This document shows, one piece after another, positions 8,130 through 19,018 of a stretch of 64,000 nt of DNA. Positions within the stretch are counted from its first letter, which is position 1. The number at the start of each line of letters is the position of its first letter. The notes beneath the pieces are model-generated. The model was not told where the DNA came from. It saw only the letters and a program-made list of their open reading frames with translations, and searched no databases. This stretch comes from a virus, in the IMG/VR virus record IMGVR_UViG_3300025133_000052, positions 29,285-93,284 of that record. One strand, 5' to 3'. Position numbers and translations under genes: made by a program.

Positions 8130-11060
8130 TTAATATGGTACCCATGATTTTCCTGTATTTACCACGGATAATGTAGTACCACCACTGGTTAGTGTGAATG
8201 CATCCATGTGTTCTTGCCCACCACCACCGTAACACTGCCCTGCAATTGAGGAACTTAGGTAAAGTGTTTCATATCGTAAATTATTTATTACGTCGTAAAC
8301 TCTACCAACATCTGTTGCTGTAGCATCCGGTAGTACGGTAAATATACCAGCGCTTTGAATTACACTATCTGATCCAGAAGCTATATAAAAGCGAGTATCG
8401 ACGGGGATATTAAATGATTGACCGTCAGCTGTGTATTCTTGCTCTGTTAATTTAAATGTCGTGGATCCTTGAATATTTATTGATCCTGTTACATTTAATG
8501 AGCCTGTTACGTCAGCGCTTCTTTTTGTTCTAACTTTTCCAGTTGGTTCTATAAACATACTTTCTACTGCATTGGTGAATCCATTAGAATTTCCTGTTAA
8601 AAAACTAATACCTCCTTCATAGACAAATGAGTTTGCAATACAAAGATTATTTGGTGTTGCATGTCCCGCTCCGTGGTAAATTGCTGATCCTGTTATTCCT
8701 CCATCTTGTACTAATTCTATTCTTGGATTATCATTTTCATCTGTATCTGAATCATCAGCTTGTAATTTTAATACTACATCTCCACTCCCTGATGATATTA
8801 TATGTAATACAGCATCTGATCCGCTAGGAGAAATCATTTCTGTTAAGCTTCCTGCAACTTTAAGTGAGCCTGTTATTTGATTCTCTGCAGTTGATTTAAC
8901 GTATCCTCTCCCGTCGACCAGTAATAAATCATTTTCATTGGTGTATCCGTAAGATGGACTAGTTACCCTAAATACCGGGCCATTGTCTGAACCAGTTATA
9001 TGTAATCCTCCACTCGGTAGCGATGCCATGGAATCTCCATTAATTATAGGTCCTATGCATACATCACCGTACGCTCCGATGAATATACGCTGTGTGTTAA
9101 ATGTAGAGAGTGTTAATCGATTTCCTAAAGACCCATGTAGTGTATTATTATACGCTCCTATGTCTATACCACTCCAGCTATGCTGGACTGAAAATCTGTT
9201 ACTCCAATCGCTATCTTGTGAAACTATTGCAGTTGAATTACCCCCTGTAGGGGATATAACTAAGTGTGGGTATGTGGATAATCCACTAGTGTAGTGATTT
9301 GTACCTGTTATCGCGATATAACTCGCGGTTAACGGACCAGTTATATTGATTGCTGTAGAAGATTCAATATCACCGGTTATGCTTAATGATCCTGTTATAT
9401 AGGTATCACCTTCAATGTCTAATGTTGTTGCTGGTACAGTTTTCCCAATCCCTACATATCCGTAATTGTTAGAATCTACAGTAATTCCATTATTTATTTG
9501 TTTTGTATAAAACCCTGCATCGGTTTCACCACCTAGTGTAGCTCCTACTATAGATGAAGAAAATTGAAAGTCTGTATTACCTATAGATGTTATGAAAGGA
9601 CTGGTGTATTCTTCATCAATATAGATATAAAAGTTAATTGACCCGGAATGCATATTACCATCCCGTAACACAGCAATTGAACTTGAAGGTAAAGCCTCTC
9701 TTCCGTAACTATTAATAATTGAATAGAAACTCGCTGTACTCGGGAGCCCACCGCTTCCACTTTGATGTTTAAAGCTCCAATCTAGTTCAGCCATTTTAGC
9801 TTGAGCTGCTGAACCTCCGTATAGTTGAACTAAAAATCTTCCTGATTTTGAAGTATAATCTGAGTAGGCGAAGCTTCCGATGGTTTGCCATTTATTATCA
9901 TTCGCTGTGTCAGAATTTATACCATGCCAACTATAGTACCCATTTCGAAGCATTCCGGTTTGACCACTTTGAAAATCGAACCCCATATCACTGCTTCCAG
10001 ATGATATAAATTTAATTGAACTTATATTTCCTGATGATGTTATATTATTTATTACAGTTGCATCTAAAGCACCTGATATATGTGTTTGGTAAGCTTGGTT
10101 TGAACCTGATCCATAGAATATTTGATTTTCTAGGAGGTTAGGGATGTCATTTGTTCTATCTATTGACGATACTTTTAATCCTTGTATTATTGTACCATTT
10201 GTTTTTAAAATGATACCCATATTTTGTATGAGATTAGTACCTATTGGTTTTGTTGTGGTTAAGGTGCTACCGCTGGCGACATAAACTGTATCACCATCAG
10301 ATAAGCCGGTAAATCCAGTTATATTTTCATTTAAAACGCCAGTGACGACAGCATAACCATCTTTGTTACCTGTAGTGTCTAGGTCTTGAGCCAATATACC
10401 AATGGATGGCATTTTTGATGTATCAGATGCATCTGCCTTCCCCACTAATATTCTATTACTACCACCAATCTCCCCTTTAGAATAGACAGGAGTACCAGCA
10501 TCTAAATTAACGCCCTCATCATTTCTTACTTGTAAATCTAATCTTTCACCATTTCCTAGGGTTAAATTACCTGCACCATCTGTTACTATAACTTGGCCCT
10601 CATCTCCATCTGTTGATGGATATGTTAAGTCGTTTAATATAATTGATGAGCCAGAGGCTTTAAATGAGCCTGTAATTTGTACTTCAGCTGAAGCTGTTGC
10701 GTACGTCCCGCCATCATACCATACATCACTACCTCCAACTGTAGGTAGGTTTACTAGACCTGCTCCGTCACCTATAAAATAATCTGATGTTGTTGATCCG
10801 GTAATATTTACTGATCCTGTAAATTCGTGGATATCTGATAACTCATCTCCGAATATAGTTGAACCACTCGTAAAAATTATTGAATGTGATACACGCATCC
10901 TTTCTGCGAATAACGTATCTGTAATCGTAAGGGACCCTGATATTTTTAATGTCTCAAATGATCCCGAACCGTTTATTATAGTTACACCATCATCTGGATC
11001 TACTTGTAATAACCGTTGAAAGGAACTCGATATATATAAATTACTTAAATCTTTTGCCAT
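8130..11060 (-). CDS. Tail fibre-like protein
   Basis: 976 aa, G/S/T-rich, many ITGS repeats, YPSTDGDEGQVIVTDGAGNL fibre motif. Confidence 0.7.
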   Translation of the reverse strand: MAKDLSNLYISSSFQRLLQVDPDDGVTIINGSGSFETLKISGSLTITDTLFAERMRVSHSIIFTSGSTIFGDELSDIHEFTGSVNITGSTTSDYFIGDGAGLVNLPTVGGSDVWYDGGTYATASAEVQITGSFKASGSSIILNDLTYPSTDGDEGQVIVTDGAGNLTLGNGERLDLQVRNDEGVNLDAGTPVYSKGEIGGSNRILVGKADASDTSKMPSIGILAQDLDTTGNKDGYAVVTGVLNENITGFTGLSDGDTVYVASGSTLTTTKPIGTNLIQNMGIILKTNGTIIQGLKVSSIDRTNDIPNLLENQIFYGSGSNQAYQTHISGALDATVINNITSSGNISSIKFISSGSSDMGFDFQSGQTGMLRNGYYSWHGINSDTANDNKWQTIGSFAYSDYTSKSGRFLVQLYGGSAAQAKMAELDWSFKHQSGSGGLPSTASFYSIINSYGREALPSSSIAVLRDGNMHSGSINFYIYIDEEYTSPFITSIGNTDFQFSSSIVGATLGGETDAGFYTKQINNGITVDSNNYGYVGIGKTVPATTLDIEGDTYITGSLSITGDIESSTAINITGPLTASYIAITGTNHYTSGLSTYPHLVISPTGGNSTAIVSQDSDWSNRFSVQHSWSGIDIGAYNNTLHGSLGNRLTLSTFNTQRIFIGAYGDVCIGPIINGDSMASLPSGGLHITGSDNGPVFRVTSPSYGYTNENDLLLVDGRGYVKSTAENQITGSLKVAGSLTEMISPSGSDAVLHIISSGSGDVVLKLQADDSDTDENDNPRIELVQDGGITGSAIYHGAGHATPNNLCIANSFVYEGGISFLTGNSNGFTNAVESMFIEPTGKVRTKRSADVTGSLNVTGSINIQGSTTFKLTEQEYTADGQSFNIPVDTRFYIASGSDSVIQSAGIFTVLPDATATDVGRVYDVINNLRYETLYLSSSIAGQCYGGGGQEHMDAFTLTSGGTTLSVVNTGKSWVPY

Positions 11061-11152
11061 TTAGGAATTCCTGCTTGTATTTTTCTAAAACTATAGTTTT
11101 TCGTATATAAATATCAAGTAATTTCAATAATGTTTAAAATACTGTACCAACT

Positions 11153-14100
11153 CTATAATTTATGTTCTAACCGTTCAATTCTTGTTTGTAAATCTTCAAT
11201 TATTTCTTGCTGCTCTTTGATTGCTTCTATAAGTAAAGCAGGTATTTTCCTGTAATGTACTCCTAAATACCCATTTTGTTCATTTTCAAATACTAATTCA
11301 GGTATATGCTGTTGTACATTTTGAGCTATTAACCCTATATCTCTCATTTCTTGATTTGGTGTTTCATTCCATTTAAAGAATACACCGTTTAAATTTTTAA
11401 CAATTTCTAAACTATTTGGGATTGGATTTATATTATTTTTTAATCTTTTATCTGATGAAACATATCCAAACTCACCAGTTACGTCTATTTGTAAATCCCT
11501 AACTGTTGATGTAATAATATTAGAGTAGGTAGGTAGATTTAGTATTTCTCCACCACTGCCAGGTATTTGGTTGTGATAAAATGAGTATCTAGTCGTTCCA
11601 CTTAATGATCCTACCTTTACACCATATACAGTTGTACCTGCACTGGCTTGTACGATATCTATTGCAGCTGCGGTACCAGTTCCTTTTGTTTGATGTATGT
11701 TTATACCTACAGCGTTAGTGCCTTCTGAAAGTATATCGTAGGCAATACTTGCTTTAGATCCAGATATATATGTTGAGTGTGCTATAGCGGTATCATCTGC
11801 ACGATATACTTTCATTTGATCGAATGCGATCGAGCCAGCTGAGCCAGAATTAATAAACCATGTTTTACTGGTGGGAGTGTGTATTACTTCTCCTACATTA
11901 ACATCTTCTATACCACCTCCTCCTGAACCTGTTCGTTCTGTTCTTATTACTACACCAGCTACACTATTACCTTGTACACCTGGATGACCTTCATATTCTG
12001 AAGGTTGAACTATATTGATACCTGATTGTGTAAACTCTTGATTGGGTAAATAATATGGTGTAACAAATGGACTACCTACTTCAACGATAGGTTGTGTTAG
12101 CAGACTACCTGTTTCGTAAAATCTAAATGTATTGGTTTGATCTGATAATATAAATCGTTTAGGTAGGTTTTGTGGTGGGTTCATAGTCCTACCGTCATCG
12201 AACCTGGTTCGAATCTCTCCCTTAATGAATAGTTGTCTATTATCTGTTCTAAATTGTAGTACCCCGGGACTCGCTCCAATATTACCGAGCGTGGCTTGTC
12301 CTCCATGAAGATCTAATCCTACACCACCATATTCCCCCGGAGCGATATCCTTTATTGCAGAACCAGACCACATCATCCATCCGGCAGGTCCAGTTCCTTT
12401 TGATGCAGATGTAAACCCTAAGTATCCAGTTGATCTAATCATACCTGAGGATCTTCCAGATTGTTCTAGGCCTTTTCCGAATTCTCTTCCAATGTACATA
12501 GAACCTGTTAATAGATTGTTAGCTCCATCTATATATGTGTTACCTCCTACAAAGGATTGATCTTTTAAATATGTTACGTGACTTGCTTGGTTGTTTTCGT
12601 AATCAAAATATTCAAATTTAAAATCAAGTTTGTCTCCCAGCATTTGTGTTTCGATAGGGATAGTTATTGTTGTACTGTTTGGATTAAATCCCGTCTCTTC
12701 TCCCGACTTCACTGATACTTCACTTAAATACCACGTACCTTTTTCTATTTCAAATATTACTGTACCTTTTCCGTCAGCGTCTGCTTCAAACTCAATTTGG
12801 TGATCATCGTATCGAGTAGTGCTAGTTCCCGGGTTAAGGAACCCTATTTTCTTTCCTTTAATTTTTTCTGTACCGTCGTAATCAAATCCAGAACCTGACA
12901 AGAATATATTAATCTTACTTGCACTACCTGTTTGTTCTGCGTACGCATCAAACTGTAACACATAATCTCCTTTTTGATAGAAATCAAATGATTGGGTAGT
13001 GAATAATCTTACCGCCTCTCTATCTGGTATTTCAGTGGTATTTACCTTAAGGGAGTCGTTTAGTGGATCAATGTGATATGACATTGAGGGCGGTGGTGAT
13101 ATACTATTGTCTGAATTATCTATATTCCAGTACTGATTAACTACAGATGCATCAAGAAATAATCCTGTTCTTTTATTAATATTTAATGCTGTAGTATCTA
13201 CTAGCATCTCTGAAGATTCTAAAATATTATCATCAACCAGTTGCCACGTGGATATTACACCAGGAGATTGTCGAAATGTTTTTACTCTATATACGTCCCC
13301 TGTTATAGGTTCAATATCACTTAACGTAATACTAGCGTAGGACATTGAATTTTGCGTTGCTGTATATGTAGGAGTATCTTTATATGTTATTGAATAATTT
13401 GATAAATCAAATTGATTGTATGTATGTTTCTTTACTGCACTTTCATTTAGATCAACAGTATATGCTTTACTCAATAATAAGTTGTTAGTATTTAATACTT
13501 TTTTTATCTTAGTAGTGTACGTTGCATTGCTTACTGTTCCGTTTTCCGGTGTTGGTTGTGGGTTGGTTGGTGTAGTAACAGTTAATGTACCACCCACCAT
13601 TGATGCAGAGAACTGAGCTCCTTCTAAGTATAGTGTAGGGGCCTCTTGAAGTAGTTGATATTTAACTTGACCCAACCCGAATGTAACAATTTCAGTACCG
13701 GTTGGAAATGTTCTATTTAGATACGGGGATACTACTTCCTGTATACTAGCGGACGGAAATTTTTCTGGATCAAATAATATTTCTGTACTGTTTCTTTTAT
13801 CTGATGCAACTAACACTGATCTCTTCCACAGTACATTATATACGTTACTGTAATCAGATGATACTCTCCTACCATCTGGGAAGTACTTTGCTACACCAGT
13901 CATGTACATTGTTGCTAGACCAGGTGGTGTGTCGTTGTATATGTAGATTGATATTACGTGACTTTCTCCGTCCTTAGCTACATATTTTGTAAACTCACTA
14001 TGTATGGGATCACCGTTAAAATCTAATATTTCAAATTTAATATCAGATCCTAATTCTAAGAAATTATTATTTAACCTAACTTTAATTAGATTTTTCCCTC

Positions 14101-14218
14101 CTGTGAGTAATATAGGTACATCTTTTAATCTAAAATAGTTTGGAGAATCTATAGAAGAGTCTTCTATTAGCGGTTTAATTTTATCTAAACCTTGGTATAA
14201 GCTTTTTTTCTTTATCAT
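11153..14218 (-). CDS. Tail fibre/spike protein with a C-terminal intramolecular chaperone (peptidase S74)
   Basis: SDKRLKNNI...GLIAQNV...LIEAIKEQQ C-terminus. Confidence 0.85.
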   Translation of the reverse strand: MIKKKSLYQGLDKIKPLIEDSSIDSPNYFRLKDVPILLTGGKNLIKVRLNNNFLELGSDIKFEILDFNGDPIHSEFTKYVAKDGESHVISIYIYNDTPPGLATMYMTGVAKYFPDGRRVSSDYSNVYNVLWKRSVLVASDKRNSTEILFDPEKFPSASIQEVVSPYLNRTFPTGTEIVTFGLGQVKYQLLQEAPTLYLEGAQFSASMVGGTLTVTTPTNPQPTPENGTVSNATYTTKIKKVLNTNNLLLSKAYTVDLNESAVKKHTYNQFDLSNYSITYKDTPTYTATQNSMSYASITLSDIEPITGDVYRVKTFRQSPGVISTWQLVDDNILESSEMLVDTTALNINKRTGLFLDASVVNQYWNIDNSDNSISPPPSMSYHIDPLNDSLKVNTTEIPDREAVRLFTTQSFDFYQKGDYVLQFDAYAEQTGSASKINIFLSGSGFDYDGTEKIKGKKIGFLNPGTSTTRYDDHQIEFEADADGKGTVIFEIEKGTWYLSEVSVKSGEETGFNPNSTTITIPIETQMLGDKLDFKFEYFDYENNQASHVTYLKDQSFVGGNTYIDGANNLLTGSMYIGREFGKGLEQSGRSSGMIRSTGYLGFTSASKGTGPAGWMMWSGSAIKDIAPGEYGGVGLDLHGGQATLGNIGASPGVLQFRTDNRQLFIKGEIRTRFDDGRTMNPPQNLPKRFILSDQTNTFRFYETGSLLTQPIVEVGSPFVTPYYLPNQEFTQSGINIVQPSEYEGHPGVQGNSVAGVVIRTERTGSGGGGIEDVNVGEVIHTPTSKTWFINSGSAGSIAFDQMKVYRADDTAIAHSTYISGSKASIAYDILSEGTNAVGINIHQTKGTGTAAAIDIVQASAGTTVYGVKVGSLSGTTRYSFYHNQIPGSGGEILNLPTYSNIITSTVRDLQIDVTGEFGYVSSDKRLKNNINPIPNSLEIVKNLNGVFFKWNETPNQEMRDIGLIAQNVQQHIPELVFENEQNGYLGVHYRKIPALLIEAIKEQQEIIEDLQTRIERLEHKL

Positions 14219-14247
14219 ACACTATAACTGCATTATTATATATATAA

Positions 14248-17200
14248 TTATGTGTTATACTGTATTTTACTGTAGGAATTCTCTTTCTTAATCTCTATAA
14301 GATGATCCATTAGATCTCTCATAGTGTCAAGGTGGGATATTGTAATAAAGAAATCGAATCTAGATTTAAGATAATCAAATAGCATAAATATGGAATTTAG
14401 GTTATTTGAATCTAATGTTCCAAATCCTTCATCAATTGCAATGAAGTTTGGTCGCGGTAAAGACGTTATCGATATTAATGAAGTTCTAATGGCTAGTGAT
14501 GATATAAATTTTTCCATACCAGATGTTAGTTCAAGTGGCCAGAATGTATCTTCATCGTAAGCTATTAATGCGTTTATATTTTTACCGTCAGTGTTTAGTA
14601 TAATATTAAAATCAACTAATCCAGTTAAGATTGAATTAACTTCATTTTCAATTTTAGGTAAAGCGCGAGTTATTAATTCATAAGGTACACCATCACGTTT
14701 AACGGCATCCATATAGTACTCATACGCTATATATTCATTTTCTAATTTTTTTAATTTATTAATTGAAGTGTTAATATTATTTTTATCATTTTTAATAACT
14801 GTAATATCAGAATTAATGGCCCTGTGCTCAGTATCTATAACACTTAATCGTGAATCGGCTTCATCTATTATCTCATTAAAGTCTGATATTACACTATTAA
14901 TAGCTACATTTGATTTAATTATATCTTCCTGTTTATAGTATACAGCTATATTATTATCTGTAACGGTTAATTTATTTTGTAAAGACTCTAATTCATATTT
15001 TAAGGTTGATGATTGTGCCTTAAATTGATACATTAATGTTTCGTATTTTTTTAAATCAGTCTGAAGATCATCTAACTCATCTTTTTCCTTTCGAATGTAC
15101 ATCGAAGCCTCTATAGTTGTATCGATTTCTCGTTGTTTTATTTTTAAATCACCTACAATTAATTTATCTCCATCCAATTCCTGCTTCGTTTGAATTGCAT
15201 CTTTTACAAATATATTATTCATACAGTACTGACATTCAGGATCGTATTCGTGCTCCTCTAACCTATGTAACTTTTCTAGTTTATGATCTACTTTAATTTT
15301 CATCATTTCAAGTTCGTTAGTAATTCCTACACTATTAGATTCTAATTGCGTTAAATTTCGAAACATATCATTAATGTACTCTTCATCATATTCATCTAAC
15401 CCTTGCTGTGTTAGTTCTAATAATTCTTTTGCATTACTAAACTCCTCTAGTATTAAATTAAGTTTTTTGTTCTTGACAGCTATCTTTTCTGATGCATCCT
15501 CCCTTTCCTCTCTCAAGGTCTGGATACCACTTATATTCTTATCAATGGTTACTAATTTCGTTGATTCTTGTAAGACTTTATCTCTGTATTCATCTCTCAA
15601 CGTAATTAACTTATTTCGCTGATTTTCTATTTTAAGTAATTTATTAGTGTATGTTTTAAGATCCTCATCTATACCTACTAGTTGTGTTGAAAAATCTTCA
15701 TTTTGATAATTTTTAATTAGTACCTGTACATCCCTTATCTCTGATGATGACAGGTCGTATAGGTCGTCAAATATATTAATATCTAAAAACTGTGCTAGTA
15801 ACTCCTTTCTCTCTCTTTGGGGCATCTCTATAAATGATGCATTATTGTTTTGTAAGGATAGTGTAGTTAATATAAAATCTTCGTATTCCCCTAAATATGT
15901 TTTTATTACCGTGTTAGTGTCTTTCCGTTGTTCTCCATTGAGTGATACGCGCTCACCAGTTTCATTGATTACCCAGAAATTAACCTCAATACGCACGTGT
16001 CCTTTTTTACGTAAGGCTTTTCGTTCAATATAATAATCTAATCCGTTTATTTCAAAATTAAATTTACACCAAAATGTATTTTTTTTAGTGTTCATTATGT
16101 GACCGCCTTTTGTAGCTCTGCTACTTCTATCAAAACAACAAAATGTAAGTGCATCCAATAATGATGATTTACCTGATGTGTTAGGAGCAAATAATCCAAA
16201 TGATCCTTTCATTTTACCAAAATCAATTACATTATCCTCTCCGTACGAAAACATATTACTGAATTCAAACTTTTTTGGGGACCAAATAACATTGCGGGAT
16301 ATATCTACAGGTGGGAGTTGTTGATTTAGTCTATTATTAATATCATATATTTTATTCATAACACCTTCTTCAACACCAAACTGTCTATCTAGATAATCTT
16401 TAATTAATTTATTTTGAATATTTACATCTCGAATATTTCCAAAATTAATTTCTGATTCACGGTCACCGCTTTTTTGATTTGATAGAGTGTCAACTCTATT
16501 CAATACTACATCCTGTACTTCATATTTCTTTTTTATTTTTGTAACAATTTTTTTTATGTCTGCAGCATCTGTTTCTGAAAACTTTATCCTTAATCTTGGT
16601 TTTTTAGGTATTCTAGACATTTCCACCACCTCACCACAATCAACTTCTAGAGTTACGTATCCATAATCATTTTCAGCTGCTTTAAATGTATGGCTATAGT
16701 CATCTAAATCCCATATTACGTACCCGTGATTATCTATCTTTTCCCCGTGATTTTGTTGTATTAAACTACTTGAATAACCGATACGTTCTTTTTTATCTAG
16801 GAACTGATGTAAGTGTATATCACCTAACAATCCTAAATCACACCCATCAAACATATCTGTAGTTACTTTAGTATTTTCTAATTCAAACCCGTAATCAGTT
16901 TGAGAGTTATTTACACATCCATGGAATAATACTATTTTATGTTCCCCTTTAACAGTGTTAGGATCAATGAAATTTTCCTCCTTATCAAATATAGACCATA
17001 CAATAAAATTGCACCCACCTATTTCATACACACCGCTATCTCTTAGGTAGTGAAAGTTGTCGTGATCAAGAGCCTTTACGATTGGTGTTAGTGCGTCTAG
17101 TCTAGATTCGTTATTTAAGTTACAATCGTGGTTACCGGCTATTAGAATGGTCGGGGCTATATCAGCTAGATTTTTAAAAAAATCCTGTACCATATCGATT

Positions 17201-17409
17201 AGCTCTGGGCTCATATCTGTTTTAGCGTGTACTATATCACCACCGAGGTAAATTAAACTATTATCAGTAACGTCATTTTTTAGTTCATTATATAACTTTT
17301 CAAACACCTGACGATATTCTTTATGTCGTTTTAAATTTCTAATATGAATATCAGCAAAGTGATAAATCTTATTCACACTTCTCCCTATATCAATCTTAAC
17401 CTTTTCCAT
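14248..17409 (-). CDS. Fused Mre11/SbcD nuclease - Rad50/SbcC ATPase (T4 gp47+gp46-like)
   Basis: DIH, GD, GNHD and GDIH phosphoesterase motifs; Walker A PNTSGKSS; coiled coil with CQYC zinc hook; SGMEK signature; IDEGFG Walker B; ISH. Confidence 0.93.
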   Translation of the reverse strand: MEKVKIDIGRSVNKIYHFADIHIRNLKRHKEYRQVFEKLYNELKNDVTDNSLIYLGGDIVHAKTDMSPELIDMVQDFFKNLADIAPTILIAGNHDCNLNNESRLDALTPIVKALDHDNFHYLRDSGVYEIGGCNFIVWSIFDKEENFIDPNTVKGEHKIVLFHGCVNNSQTDYGFELENTKVTTDMFDGCDLGLLGDIHLHQFLDKKERIGYSSSLIQQNHGEKIDNHGYVIWDLDDYSHTFKAAENDYGYVTLEVDCGEVVEMSRIPKKPRLRIKFSETDAADIKKIVTKIKKKYEVQDVVLNRVDTLSNQKSGDRESEINFGNIRDVNIQNKLIKDYLDRQFGVEEGVMNKIYDINNRLNQQLPPVDISRNVIWSPKKFEFSNMFSYGEDNVIDFGKMKGSFGLFAPNTSGKSSLLDALTFCCFDRSSRATKGGHIMNTKKNTFWCKFNFEINGLDYYIERKALRKKGHVRIEVNFWVINETGERVSLNGEQRKDTNTVIKTYLGEYEDFILTTLSLQNNNASFIEMPQRERKELLAQFLDINIFDDLYDLSSSEIRDVQVLIKNYQNEDFSTQLVGIDEDLKTYTNKLLKIENQRNKLITLRDEYRDKVLQESTKLVTIDKNISGIQTLREEREDASEKIAVKNKKLNLILEEFSNAKELLELTQQGLDEYDEEYINDMFRNLTQLESNSVGITNELEMMKIKVDHKLEKLHRLEEHEYDPECQYCMNNIFVKDAIQTKQELDGDKLIVGDLKIKQREIDTTIEASMYIRKEKDELDDLQTDLKKYETLMYQFKAQSSTLKYELESLQNKLTVTDNNIAVYYKQEDIIKSNVAINSVISDFNEIIDEADSRLSVIDTEHRAINSDITVIKNDKNNINTSINKLKKLENEYIAYEYYMDAVKRDGVPYELITRALPKIENEVNSILTGLVDFNIILNTDGKNINALIAYDEDTFWPLELTSGMEKFISSLAIRTSLISITSLPRPNFIAIDEGFGTLDSNNLNSIFMLFDYLKSRFDFFITISHLDTMRDLMDHLIEIKKENSYSKIQYNT

Positions 17410-18341
17410 TATGTAAATAATTTATATTCCACCAACTTACGTAACGTGAGTGGTGTTGTACTTATAATTCTTTTTGTTATTTTTTCAAATCCTAATTCTG
17501 ATGGATCCTTTATACCTAATTCAACAAAATATACATTTAAACCAGCGTTTAGAAACTGCTCTGCAAATTTGACTGCATTTTTAATAGCATCTTTATCTAA
17601 ACAAATATATATTTCTTTTACTTTCTTATTTATAATTTTCCTCTTTAACCCTTCTGGTATTGTTTTACCGTAAAGTGGTATAGCGTTTCGTTTAATAGCT
17701 ATAGCATCAAAACTCCCTTCAACTAATATTATAGGCATCGCCCAATTAATAAACATTTCAAATCCTATAATATCTTTACTTATTTTAGGGTTTTTATGTT
17801 TAAAGTTACACGCTGAATAATATGACCTACCAACAAAGTAATTTAATTCCCCTGATGCATCGTATGACGGTACGATCACCATCTTACTGTACTCTCCTGA
17901 TTCACAGTATCCTATTCTGTATTTTAATATATCGTATGGAGTGACACCTCTCTTATTAAGATAATATATAGCATTTTTATATTCAACTCCCTTATTAGGT
18001 ACCCACAGTGGTTTATATTCTACTGGTAACGTTACGCTATCTATTACCTTTTTCTTTTTTGTAAGGTAATTTAAATTATTAGATCTATCCCCTACTTTTA
18101 CTAGAGTCGTAAGTTCATTAAACCTAGTACTATCAACTTTAAGCTTCTTAAATAATGTCAGTAATGATCTACCCTTGGTATTACATACCCAGCACTGGTA
18201 GTATTGTGTAGATAAATTTACTTCTAATTTACGTTTATGGTGTCTGCAGAAAGGACAATAGTATGCTCTATTGTTACCACTAGTGGTGTATCCTTTACCT
18301 ATTACTGAATCTAAGAGATTAGCTAACTTTATATCTGACAT
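17409..18341 (-). CDS. DNA primase (DnaG-like)
   Basis: CPFC...CWVC zinc finger; Toprim VEGSFD and DKD. Confidence 0.9.
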   Translation of the reverse strand: MSDIKLANLLDSVIGKGYTTSGNNRAYYCPFCRHHKRKLEVNLSTQYYQCWVCNTKGRSLLTLFKKLKVDSTRFNELTTLVKVGDRSNNLNYLTKKKKVIDSVTLPVEYKPLWVPNKGVEYKNAIYYLNKRGVTPYDILKYRIGYCESGEYSKMVIVPSYDASGELNYFVGRSYYSACNFKHKNPKISKDIIGFEMFINWAMPIILVEGSFDAIAIKRNAIPLYGKTIPEGLKRKIINKKVKEIYICLDKDAIKNAVKFAEQFLNAGLNVYFVELGIKDPSELGFEKITKRIISTTPLTLRKLVEYKLFT

Positions 18342-18359
18342 ACATTATTTGTATATAAT

Positions 18360-18392
18360 TAAATATACGAACTATTTCTGAATAAAACAACT
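18360..18392 (-). promoter_or_regulatory. Host-type (Bacteroidota sigma-A-like) promoter for the primase and Mre11-Rad50 genes
   Basis: AGTTG-N20-TATATTTA; a second copy at 18531-18563. Confidence 0.6.
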
Positions 18393-18578
18393 ATTAACAA
18401 TGTTATTCTTCAGCTGCGTACAGTTCGTATATGTTATATTATATAATTAATATATTAATTGTTAATTATTATTAATAATATTGTTTTTAATGTTTAATTA
18501 ATTAAAGTTACTTTTTAATAATTAAATTATTTAAAATAATAAAAAATTTGCAGACTTCCAACTTTTCTGTAAATAAAG

Positions 18579-19001
18579 TTATTTACATTCTTTTAACCAC
18601 TTTTCAGGTAACGGTGCTTTATCCCACAGTACACCTAACTTACCTGCAAAATCACCGTACGTAGTCTTAGATCCCTTACGTATCTTTACATTAGGATTTT
18701 GAAATAATATACGTAGATCTATACCAGGGTTCTGCTCTATGATTAACTTTAATTTTTTTCTGTCCTCTGCAACCCACCTACCCTTTGTCTCAATAATCAT
18801 ATCACCGCCCTTTTTCTTCTGTAGGACAAAATCAGGAGTATATACGTGGTCCGTTGCTGGTTTAATGTACGAAATCTTTAAAGTTTCGTAACCGTATTTA
18901 ATTTTATTTTCATCTAATTGTGATGCTGTTCGATCTTCCAGGCCGGATCTAAACCCATGTTTCCGAGCGAGAGCTCGTATTGACAATTTCTTTCTTGGCA
19001 T
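18579..19001 (-). CDS. Endonuclease I (T7 gp3-like Holliday junction resolvase)
   Basis: RSGLE, YTPDF and IETKG motifs. Confidence 0.9.
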   Translation of the reverse strand: MPRKKLSIRALARKHGFRSGLEDRTASQLDENKIKYGYETLKISYIKPATDHVYTPDFVLQKKKGGDMIIETKGRWVAEDRKKLKLIIEQNPGIDLRILFQNPNVKIRKGSKTTYGDFAGKLGVLWDKAPLPEKWLKECK

Positions 19002-19018
19002 ATAGTATATTATTTAAA

